Positions 56,043 through 64,000 of a stretch of DNA of 64,000 nucleotides are shown piece by piece. Every line of letters begins with the position of its first letter. Within the stretch, counting starts at the first letter, position 1. A program made the translations under genes and the position numbers. The stretch comes from an uncultured Bifidobacteriales bacterium. Its GTDB lineage: Bacteria; Fibrobacterota; Fibrobacteria; UBA11236; JADFYW01. A model generated the notes under the pieces. That model was not told the DNA's origin. It did no database searches and was given only the letters and a program-made list of their open reading frames with translations. The stretch lies in contig CAZRWX010000001.1 in assembly GCA_964603925.1 (NCBI GenBank), forward strand, positions 5,489-69,488, in the 5' to 3' direction.

Positions 56043-58781
56043 TCAGTCTATTTCCAAAAGCTTGGGATCTATAATCTGCAATATATCGTTGAGATATTGT
56101 TCAATATTCTGCGGACGCTTTTCCATAAGAATACGTGACTTGATCGCGGGAAGTTCTTTTAGATCCAGCTTTTCGAAAAGGTAGCGGATAACGGGTATAC
56201 GCGCGGGTAAAACACTTAAGTTAAAGCAGCCCAGAGCCGCCAGGGCCAGCGCGCCGGCAGGGTTACCAGCCATCTCCCCGCATACAGACACCTCCAGACC
56301 CAGCCTGCCGCACTTTTCAAAAATGCTGGCAAGTACACGAATGATGGCCGGATGCAGTTCTGAGTATAAGTGACCTACAATACTGGAATTCCTGTCTACG
56401 GCCAGGGTGTATTGAACCAGGTCATTTGTGCCTACAGCCACAAAGTCAATATACTTCTTAAAATCTTCCAGCTGATACATCACTGCCGGGACCTCCATCA
56501 TAATACCCAGCTTGGGGCACTTCTCAGGGGCTATATCCAGATCCTGGCTTATTTGGGACATAACTTCTCTGGCGGTTTCCACCTCCCAGAGGTGGCTGAC
56601 CATGGGTAAAAGTATGCGGAAATTACACCCCTTACGCACTGCGAGCAATATGGCCCGCAGTTGATCCCGAAAATAGTCCAGGTATTCCATGGAAAAGCGG
56701 ATGGACCTTAAACCCAACAGGGGATTATCTTCTGGTGGGAACTTAAAATAGGGCAGTAATTTGTCCGCACCTATATCCAGTGTGCGGATGGTAATATAGC
56801 CGGGGAACTTCCTGGCGACATTTTCATAGACCCAGAACTGCTCCAATATTGTTGGCCAGCGCTCATATTGCATAAAGGCCAGCTCGGTGCGGTAAAGGCC
56901 CACATCCTTAACATTGTATTTGCCTGCTATATCCAGGTCTGCGGGCAGCCCTATGTTAGCGTTAATTTTAGCTGGTGACCTGGCCGGATCTTGAGTTTTA
57001 ACGCTCTTTTCTATGGACGCCCTTAAGCGGATTTGTTTTTTGGAGTTTTTTTCATACTCCCGCAGCAGGCTGTCATCAGGATTTACAAACACAAAACCAG
57101 AGCGGCCATCCACCAGCATACGCTCGTTCTGGTGAATTTGGGCGCAAATACCCTCAATACCCGAAACCGCCGGAATACCCAGAGATTTAGCCAGGATGGC
57201 TGTGTGAGAGGTAGCGCCGCCGCGCTCGGTGACAATAGCAGCCACCTTGCCGCTGCTGAAACTTGGTAACAGCGCCGGCCCAATATCGTGAGAAACTACA
57301 ATAAGACCTTCCAGAGATATTTTGGAATCTACACCCTCACCCCTCTGCTCTAATAATACCTGTAAAAGACGCTCGCCAATGTCGCGGAAATCCAGGGCGC
57401 GCTCCTGGAGATAGCGGTCCTTTTGATCCTCAAACTGGCTGGCAACCGATTCAAAGCCTTGAACCACTGCTTGTTCAGCCGAAACTTTGTTTTCCTCAAT
57501 TTGCCGGAAAATCATGGCTAATGTAGCCTGATCCCGTAAAATCATATGATGGGCTTTAAAAATTTTAAGCTCTTCCACTGAAATAGCATCATGTTTACCG
57601 AATTCGGCAATGAGCTCTTTTTGGGCTTTTTCTACCTCTTGAAAAGCCTCATTTGCGCGCTTGATTTCGTTTTTTTCCCCCTCAAAAGGGAGGTGCTCAT
57701 AAGAGGCCTCCCTGAACAGGCCTTTTAACACATAGACCTGACCCGAAGCAAAACCCGCTGACACACCCTTACCCTGGAACACACGGGAGGCATGACGTTT
57801 GGGGCCAGGGTCTTTAATCCTGGCAACTTTGCCTGCTAAATCGAGCAAACCCGCCAGGCGGGAATTAATGATTTGAAACAGGGTGGCCTCAGCTGTGGCA
57901 ATGGATTTATTCTCCTTCATTTGAGCAGCCAGAACGCCCAGGGTTTTATTTTTAAATAAAATAGGCACACCGATGAAGTTCTCAAATTCGTCTTCACCAA
58001 TCTCCGGGAATGGTTTGAAACTGGGGTGTTTTGAGGCAGGATAAGTAATAAGAGGTTTGCGGCTGGTGTAAACAAAACCAATAAGCCCCTCGTCGGCCTT
58101 TAACTGAACAAGATCCTTTTTACTAAGAGTAAAACCCTGGTTAGCACGCAGCACCAGCTTTTTTTTGCGCTCCTCCCATAAATAAATGGAGATGACATCA
58201 TAATTAAGGGCTTTACCCAGTATTTGAATTGTTTGAGGCAGGATATATTCCAGATCTTCTGACTGATTAAACAGGTCTGTAATATCTCTGATAATCTGCA
58301 GATGGAAATCCGGCCGCTCTATAATGGGCCGCTCCCGTGACATACGCCGCTGTTGCCACAGCTCTATACCCTCGCTGACAATAGTGCGGATTTCGGTACT
58401 GTCCAAAGGCTGAGTAAGGCACTTCCATACCTCACCCTGATTAATGGCCTCTATTATAATGTTTGTCTCCACAGTGCAGGCTGTGAGTACACGGGTAGTG
58501 TCCGGTGAGATCTCCTTAATGCGGCTGATTATGTCATTACCCTTAGAGGAGCCCCCGCTGGGAGCCAGACTGCAAATGGCTACTGCCACCGGCCTGGTCA
58601 TGACAGTATTAAGACCCTGCTCAATATCTGCTGTGGAAATAACCTCCGCATGAATACCCGCCAGGCTGTGCTTGATCATGAGGAGGTTTTCTTCATCATC
58701 GTCTACACACAAAATAATAGGCATCTCCCGCAGGCGTATACCTTCTCTTTTTTGGAAAGTGGATTTTAAAGCATTAACCAT
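56043..58781 (-). CDS. ptsP: PtsP-like phosphoenolpyruvate-protein phosphotransferase (EI) with N-terminal receiver-like + GAF domains
   Basis: EI phospho-His region GGATSHTAILAKSLGIPAVSG. PEP-utilizers C-terminal domain (MMEVPA...CGEMAG). The GAF region precedes it. The N-terminal 140 aa have receiver-like topology (IILCVDDDEENL...), but the phospho-acceptor position reads ICSLAPSG, with no Asp. Confidence 0.85.
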   Translation of the reverse strand: MVNALKSTFQKREGIRLREMPIILCVDDDEENLLMIKHSLAGIHAEVISTADIEQGLNTVMTRPVAVAICSLAPSGGSSKGNDIISRIKEISPDTTRVLTACTVETNIIIEAINQGEVWKCLTQPLDSTEIRTIVSEGIELWQQRRMSRERPIIERPDFHLQIIRDITDLFNQSEDLEYILPQTIQILGKALNYDVISIYLWEERKKKLVLRANQGFTLSKKDLVQLKADEGLIGFVYTSRKPLITYPASKHPSFKPFPEIGEDEFENFIGVPILFKNKTLGVLAAQMKENKSIATAEATLFQIINSRLAGLLDLAGKVARIKDPGPKRHASRVFQGKGVSAGFASGQVYVLKGLFREASYEHLPFEGEKNEIKRANEAFQEVEKAQKELIAEFGKHDAISVEELKIFKAHHMILRDQATLAMIFRQIEENKVSAEQAVVQGFESVASQFEDQKDRYLQERALDFRDIGERLLQVLLEQRGEGVDSKISLEGLIVVSHDIGPALLPSFSSGKVAAIVTERGGATSHTAILAKSLGIPAVSGIEGICAQIHQNERMLVDGRSGFVFVNPDDSLLREYEKNSKKQIRLRASIEKSVKTQDPARSPAKINANIGLPADLDIAGKYNVKDVGLYRTELAFMQYERWPTILEQFWVYENVARKFPGYITIRTLDIGADKLLPYFKFPPEDNPLLGLRSIRFSMEYLDYFRDQLRAILLAVRKGCNFRILLPMVSHLWEVETAREVMSQISQDLDIAPEKCPKLGIMMEVPAVMYQLEDFKKYIDFVAVGTNDLVQYTLAVDRNSSIVGHLYSELHPAIIRVLASIFEKCGRLGLEVSVCGEMAGNPAGALALAALGCFNLSVLPARIPVIRYLFEKLDLKELPAIKSRILMEKRPQNIEQYLNDILQIIDPKLLEID

Positions 58782-59230
58782 GAATAAACTGAAATAATAA
58801 AATTAAACCGAAAAATATGTTAGGAAGGCTCCCAGAGACCATTTTTTCCAGCTAATATACCCTCGCGACGGTAGTATTTTACCAGATTCTCAATTATCCC
58901 CTTTTTTAAACGTGATTTCCAGTAATAATTTATTTAGTGCGGGTCCAAGATTATGCTTTTCAACGTACTACGTCTCTCCGGCCTCAGAGCCGGAGTGACA
59001 GTGATTAGCAAACAGTTAATTTTGAACAACAACGAAGTAATATCTGTTCAGCTGCCAAAAGTAGGGTTGACAATTATTGCCAGAAAGAGATTGATATATG
59101 AAAGCGGGAGGGACTGCACCAAGGGTGCAGGATTCCCAATACAGGCTTTCACTAATATGAAACACTCCATTGCTCATGGTGTTATTTTTTTTTAAATATA
59201 GCACCGTAACTTTACACCTAAGGGATTTAC

Positions 59231-60535
59231 ATGAAGCTATTGAGTTTTCGGGGCGGCATTCACCCTCCGGAGCAAAAATTAACCGCTGAAAAGGCCATTG
59301 AGCCTATCCCACTTCCCACAGAGCTCGTTATACCGCTTCGTCAACATATTGGCGCGGAGTGTAAGTGCCTGGTCAACAAAAAGGACGAGGTTATAATTGG
59401 CCAGCCCCTTACCCAGGCAGAGGGCTTTGTGGCAGCACCCGTTCACTCCCCAGTCTGCGGGGTAGTTAAGGACATTAAACTATGCCCCACACTTATGGGT
59501 CAGGTGGCCATGTGCGTCATTATCACACCCAGCCAGGCCCAGGACAAGGTTCAGCTTACTGGCCAGGGCCCTATGGCGCTTATTAAAGAGGCCGGCATTA
59601 TCGGTATGGGGGGGGCGGCATTCCCAACCCACGTCAAGCTTTCTCCCCCAAAAGACAAACCCATCACCGCCCTTTTAATTAATGGCGCTGAGTGCGAGCC
59701 CTACCTTACATGTGACTACCGCCTCATGTTAGAGCATACCGAGCAGGTCTTAAGCGGTATAGATATCGTCATGGGTATTTTGGGTATAAAGAGCGCCACT
59801 ATCGGCATCGAGGCCAACAAGCCCAAAGCCATCAGTTTATTTCAGGAGCAAATCAAGTCAACCTCCCGCTCAGGTATCACAGTTCAGGGTCTCAAGTGTA
59901 AATATCCCCAGGGGTTCGAAAAGTCCCTCATCAAGGCTATCACAGGCAGAAATGTACCCGCCGGCGGCCTTCCCATGGATGTAGGCGCTCTTTGCATAAA
60001 TATCGGCACCCTGGTCTCCATACACGAGGCCGTACACAACAAAATGCCCCCCGCCCAAAGGGTGGTTACGGTTACGGGTGATGTAGTTAAACCCGGCAAC
60101 TACCTGGTACCCATAGGCACCAGGCTCTCCGACCTTATCTCCCATGCAGGCGGTTTTAAGGGTGAGCCCAGGCGCATTATTGCCGGCGGCCCCATGATGG
60201 GTTTTGCCCAGCACAGTCTGGAGGCCCCCATTGTCAAGGCCTCGGGCGGTGTACTGGTGCTGGCCTCCAGTTTAAAGTCGGCAAGCGACCCCTGCCTTCG
60301 CTGCGGGCGTTGTGTTAATGCGTGTGTCATGCAGCTCAACCCGGTTCTCATCAACGATTTTGCTTCCAAAAACCAGTGGGAGCAGTGCGACAAGCTGGGC
60401 ACCTTAAACTGTTGCGAGTGCGGCAGCTGCACCTATGTATGCCCCAGCAAAATACCCTTAGTACAAATGTTTAAACTGGCCAAGGCCGGTATCATGACCG
60501 AGCGCGCTAAAGCTAAAGCCGCTCAACCAGCCTAA
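59231..60535 (+). CDS. rnfC: Rnf electron-transport complex subunit C
   Basis: GMGGAAFPTHVKL (NADH/FMN site) and two 4Fe-4S motifs (CLRCGRCVNAC, CCECGSCTYVCP). Confidence 0.9.
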   Translation: MKLLSFRGGIHPPEQKLTAEKAIEPIPLPTELVIPLRQHIGAECKCLVNKKDEVIIGQPLTQAEGFVAAPVHSPVCGVVKDIKLCPTLMGQVAMCVIITPSQAQDKVQLTGQGPMALIKEAGIIGMGGAAFPTHVKLSPPKDKPITALLINGAECEPYLTCDYRLMLEHTEQVLSGIDIVMGILGIKSATIGIEANKPKAISLFQEQIKSTSRSGITVQGLKCKYPQGFEKSLIKAITGRNVPAGGLPMDVGALCINIGTLVSIHEAVHNKMPPAQRVVTVTGDVVKPGNYLVPIGTRLSDLISHAGGFKGEPRRIIAGGPMMGFAQHSLEAPIVKASGGVLVLASSLKSASDPCLRCGRCVNACVMQLNPVLINDFASKNQWEQCDKLGTLNCCECGSCTYVCPSKIPLVQMFKLAKAGIMTERAKAKAAQPA

Positions 60536-60553
60536 CGCGGGAGTACGATATAA

Positions 60554-61567
60554 ATGTCTGACCCTATTACATTAGAACCCGGCTCTTTAGAAGTTCAGGT
60601 ATCCCCCCATATCCGCCATACGGGCAACACCGTATCTAAGGTTATGTGGACAGTGGTAGCCAGCCTGCTGCCTGCCACCCTGGCCGCTGTGTATTTTTTT
60701 GGTTTAAGAGCCCTTATCTTAATAGCACTGGCCATAGTCAGCGCCGTTGCCACTGAGGCCCTGTGTCAAAAACTTATGGGCCGCCCGGTACGCATTGCAG
60801 ACGGCAGTGCCGTTATCACCGGCCTTTTACTGGCCCTCATGCTGCCGGTCAGCGTGCCCTGGTACATACCGGTACTGGGTTCAGTGTTTGCCATCGGCAT
60901 TGCCAAGCAGGCCTTTGGCGGCCTGGGCATGAACATCTACAACCCCGCCCTTATCAGCCGCACCTTTTTACTTATATCCTTCCCCGTTATCATGACCCGC
61001 TGGTCACTGCCCCGGGTGTGGGATAAGGCCATAGACGGCCTTACCTGTGCCAGCCCTTTAGGCCAGTACAAGCTCCTGGGCTTTGATATTGACAAGGTTA
61101 TCTCCATGTTCCATTTTGACAGCCGCAGCGACATGTACTGGCATCTGTTTACCGGCAACATCTCAGGCAGCATCGGTGAGACAAGCGCTATCGCCCTTTT
61201 GCTGGGCGCGGCCGTTCTCTTTTTCAAAAAAGCCGCCGACTGGCGGGTGCCTCTTGCTTACTTTGTTGTATACACCCTCTCCTGCCTGGTTATTGGCCAG
61301 GACCCGGCTTTTCATATTCTCTCAGGCGGCCTTCTGCTGGCAGTGCTTTTCATGGCCACAGACCCAGTCACCAGCCCTGTTACCAAGCGAGGCCGCTGGC
61401 TCTTCGGTGCCTTCTGCGGCATCTTAAGCGTACTCTTCCGGGTATTGGGCGGCAACCCCGAGGGCGTCAGCTACGCCATACTCCTTATGAACACACTCAC
61501 ACCACTTATAGACAGATACACTACCGGCCGCGCATTCGGCGAGCTTAAAGCCAGGAGCGCATCATGA
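60554..61567 (+). CDS. rnfD: Rnf complex subunit D
   Basis: Polytopic NqrB/RnfD family with a conserved FMN-attachment region (GGLLLAVLFMATDPVTSP). Confidence 0.9.
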   Translation: MSDPITLEPGSLEVQVSPHIRHTGNTVSKVMWTVVASLLPATLAAVYFFGLRALILIALAIVSAVATEALCQKLMGRPVRIADGSAVITGLLLALMLPVSVPWYIPVLGSVFAIGIAKQAFGGLGMNIYNPALISRTFLLISFPVIMTRWSLPRVWDKAIDGLTCASPLGQYKLLGFDIDKVISMFHFDSRSDMYWHLFTGNISGSIGETSAIALLLGAAVLFFKKAADWRVPLAYFVVYTLSCLVIGQDPAFHILSGGLLLAVLFMATDPVTSPVTKRGRWLFGAFCGILSVLFRVLGGNPEGVSYAILLMNTLTPLIDRYTTGRAFGELKARSAS

Positions 61568-62106
61568 GAAACTTTACCCAGGCAGTAATGCCTGCTTTTA
61601 TCCTTACAATTATCACCACCTTCTCGGCGCTGGCTCTTTCCTTTACCTTCAATAAGGTCCAGCCCATTATCATAGCCCAGGAGGCCAAAAAGCTTCGCGA
61701 TGCCTTAACCTATGTAATGCCATCCGGAGAAAAGTTCGAGAAGATAACAGACGAATACTACAAGGTATACGCTGGAGGTCAGCTCATCGGCTATACAGTT
61801 ACAGCCTATGGTAGCGGCTATTCCTCCAACATCAAAACTCTGGTGGGGGTAGATACCGCCTGGCAACTCAAAGGGATTAAGGTCTTATATCAGCTGGAGA
61901 CCCCCGGTTTGGGAACCAAAATCAATTCCGTTAAACCCGGTGAAACCAGGCCCTGGTTCCAGGCCCAGTTCACCGGCTTGAGTATACCCAAACTCAACCT
62001 TAAGCGTGACGGCGGTCCTATAGATCAAATTACCGGGGCCACTATTTCCAGCCGTGCGGTTGTTAAATCTGTCAGAGAGGCCGTCCAGGCTCTGGAGGGC
62101 AAATAA
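61564..62106 (+). CDS. rnfG: Rnf complex subunit G (FMN-binding)
   Basis: N-terminal TM. FMN_bind motif GATISSRAV. 4-bp overlap with rnfD. Confidence 0.85.
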   Translation: MRNFTQAVMPAFILTIITTFSALALSFTFNKVQPIIIAQEAKKLRDALTYVMPSGEKFEKITDEYYKVYAGGQLIGYTVTAYGSGYSSNIKTLVGVDTAWQLKGIKVLYQLETPGLGTKINSVKPGETRPWFQAQFTGLSIPKLNLKRDGGPIDQITGATISSRAVVKSVREAVQALEGK

Positions 62107-62108
62107 TC

Positions 62109-62720
62109 ATGAATATGTTTAAAGAATTCTGGAAGGGCATTAAGGACGAGAACCCCATTTTTAAGCTTGCCCTTGGTCTGTGCCCCACTCTGGCTGTTAC
62201 ATCAAGCATAGAGAACGCCGTGGGTATGGGGGCTGCCACCTCCTTTGTGCTTATATGCTCCAACATAATTATTTCCATTTTCCGCAATGTTATACCAGAT
62301 AAGGTGCGCATCCCTGCCTTTATCGTTATCATCGCCACTTTCGTTACTCTGGTAGACCTTGTTATGAAGGGCTACCTGCCCGCCCTCAGCGAGCGTCTCA
62401 GTATTTTTATCCCCCTTATTGTAGTCAACTGTATAATACTTGGCAGGGCAGAGGTCTTTGCCTCCAAAGAGCCAATACTCGGCTCCCTTTTTGATGCCCT
62501 GGGTATGGGTGCGGGTTTCACCCTCTCTCTTGTACTCATTGGCGGTATCCGCGAGCTCCTGGGCAACGGCGAGATTGTTTTTGCCGGTACCAGGCTGGTG
62601 GCCACAGGTGCCGAGCCCATTATCACCATGATCCTGGCTCCCGGGGCTTTTCTTACGGCGGGTCTTTTAATGGCACTGTTTAATTATCTGGGCCAAATGC
62701 GTAAAGGGGAAAGTGCATGA
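62109..62720 (+). CDS. rnfE: Rnf complex subunit E
   Basis: RnfE/NqrD family pattern (LCPTLAVTSS...). 203 aa. Position after rnfG. Confidence 0.85.
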   Translation: MNMFKEFWKGIKDENPIFKLALGLCPTLAVTSSIENAVGMGAATSFVLICSNIIISIFRNVIPDKVRIPAFIVIIATFVTLVDLVMKGYLPALSERLSIFIPLIVVNCIILGRAEVFASKEPILGSLFDALGMGAGFTLSLVLIGGIRELLGNGEIVFAGTRLVATGAEPIITMILAPGAFLTAGLLMALFNYLGQMRKGESA

Positions 62721-63295
62721 ATCATTATCTCACTCTTGTAATTGGCGCCATCTTTGTAAATAATATTGTTCTGGCAAAGTTTCTGGGTCTGTGCCCCTTC
62801 TTCGGTGTCAGCAAAAAAACCAGCTCCGCCATCAGCATGGGTATAGCGGTCACCTTTGTGATGACGGCCGCCTGCATAGTAACCTGGGTTGTAGATCGGC
62901 TTATACTCCAGCGCTTTGGTCTGGAGTACCTGCAGACCATCAGTTTTATTTTAGTAATAGCTTCTTTTGTACAACTGGTAGAGCTCTTTATGCGCAAGCA
63001 GCTGCCGGCTCTTCACAAAACTCTTGGCATATTCCTGCCCCTTATTACCACCAACTGCGCCATACTTGGTACCGCCCTTATTAATATTCAGGAAAAATTC
63101 AACATTGTCGAGTCTGTGCTTTTCGCCATCGCCACCGGCCTGGGGTTTACCCTGGCCCTGCTTTTAATGAGCGGCATACGCGAGCGGCTGGCGTTGGCAA
63201 ATATTCCAAAGTCCATGCAGGGGCTGCCTATCGCCTTTATCACAGGCGGGCTTATGGCTCTGGTTTTCTTAGGTTTTAGCGGGATGATTAAATAA
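62717..63295 (+). CDS. rnfA: Rnf complex subunit A
   Basis: RnfA/NqrE family (FVNNIVLAKFLGLCPFFGVSKK...). 192 aa. 4-bp overlap with rnfE. Confidence 0.85.
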   Translation: MNHYLTLVIGAIFVNNIVLAKFLGLCPFFGVSKKTSSAISMGIAVTFVMTAACIVTWVVDRLILQRFGLEYLQTISFILVIASFVQLVELFMRKQLPALHKTLGIFLPLITTNCAILGTALINIQEKFNIVESVLFAIATGLGFTLALLLMSGIRERLALANIPKSMQGLPIAFITGGLMALVFLGFSGMIK

Positions 63296-64000
63296 TGTTA
63301 GCAGCCGTAATTACATTAGGTGTTCTGGGCCTCTCCTTTGGTGCCCTTTTAGTATATGCCAGTAAAAAATTCGCAGTCTATGTAGACCCAAGAGAGCTGG
63401 CGGTGGAGGCCGCTCTGCCTGGCGTTAACTGCGGCAGCTGCGGTGAGGCAGGCTGTAGCTCCTTTGCCCACAGCCTAGTTACCGGTAAAATAGCCGCCAG
63501 CGCCTGTACAGTGGCCAATGCCGAGACTAAAGAAAAACTCGGCGGCATCATGGGTGTAAGCGTAGATACCAGCGATATTAAATCCGCCATGGTGTTGTGC
63601 TATGCCACACCCGATGACAGTGCCAACATGTACAACTACAGCGGCATAGAGACTTGTAAAGCAGTATCCATGGTTGCCGGCGGTAACAAAAAATGTTCCT
63701 TTGGCTGCCTTGGTTTAGGCGACTGTGAGCGTGTGTGCCCCTCCGGCGCTATCGTAATTAAAAACGACCTGGCCTGGATAAATGAGTCTAAATGTATCAG
63801 CTGCGAACTTTGCGTAAAAGAGTGCCCCCGCCATATCATAGCCATGGTGCCTATTGCTAAAAAGATCCACGTGATGTGTTCTTCCTGTGATGATGTTAAA
63901 ACCACCAAAGTTAATTGTAATATTGGCTGCAACGCCTGTAAAATTTGCGAGAAAAAGTGCGAAGACGACGCTATCCATGTAATAAACAACCATGCTATTA
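63296..64000 (+). CDS. rnfB: Rnf complex subunit B (Fe-S), 3'-truncated by window end
   Basis: My own translation from the ATG at 63296 gives MLAAVITLGVLGLSFGALLVYASKKF...CGSCGEAGCSSFA...CISCELCVKECP...CNIGCNACKICEKKC. That is an N-terminal TM plus several ferredoxin-type Cys clusters. No stop codon before position 64000. Confidence 0.85.

Noticed and set aside
58953-59204. Two small ORFs (80 aa plus, 62 aa minus) upstream of rnfC
   Set aside because: They are mutually overlapping antisense ORFs in an obviously regulatory AT-rich region. No motif.
1-64000. CRISPR arrays, IS elements/transposases, integrases, rRNA/tRNA genes
   Set aside because: No regularly spaced direct repeats with unique spacers, no DDE/tyrosine-recombinase-like ORFs, and no tRNA-like cloverleaf termini were found in any intergenic region on inspection.

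Overview
The window reads as a 64-kb stretch of bacterial chromosome, GC roughly mid-40s %, with dense genes and frequent 4-bp start/stop overlaps. I cannot assign the organism from sequence alone. The gene content points towards an FCB-group-like or candidate-phylum Gram-negative: a Tol-Pal cluster, an Rnf complex, sigma-54 machinery, and a T9SS-type C-terminal sorting domain. Left to right, the window holds: (1) the 5' end of xylose isomerase at the edge; (2) a Ser/Thr-kinase, FHA-sigma54 activator and lipoprotein signalling operon; (3) an unusual locus of a MerR regulator followed by three giant multi-domain glycosyltransferases (six GT2 catalytic domains in total, each fused to TPR arrays, four of them carrying a SunS-like W-N-D-F-S-x-A-R-N ... 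W-L-D-A-D-D signature, one with a 5x15-bp in-frame tandem repeat); (4) a 1048-aa DUF349 repeat protein; (5) a complete tolQ-tolR-tolA(TonB-like)-tolB-pal-cpoB cluster; (6) manA, a STAS protein, a Cys-rich basic protein, ytxJ, an S41 protease, an M23 peptidase, lepB, a DEDDh-exonuclease fused to a degenerate DinG-like domain, dapF, rpsD, lipA, a PAP2 phosphatase, an M48 protease, a WbaP-type sugar transferase, a mini T9SS-CTD protein, an FN3 plus FGE-domain protein, a solitary flagellar-rod homologue and a MurG-like GT28; (7) a ClC channel, purB, a PtsP-like enzyme I with an Asp-less receiver-like domain, and rnfCDGEAB (rnfB truncated by the window end). The most novel-looking part is the MerR-led locus of three very large GT2-TPR proteins, which may be a protein/peptide glycosylation system of unknown target. 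No CRISPR array, rRNA, tRNA or obvious transposase was found.
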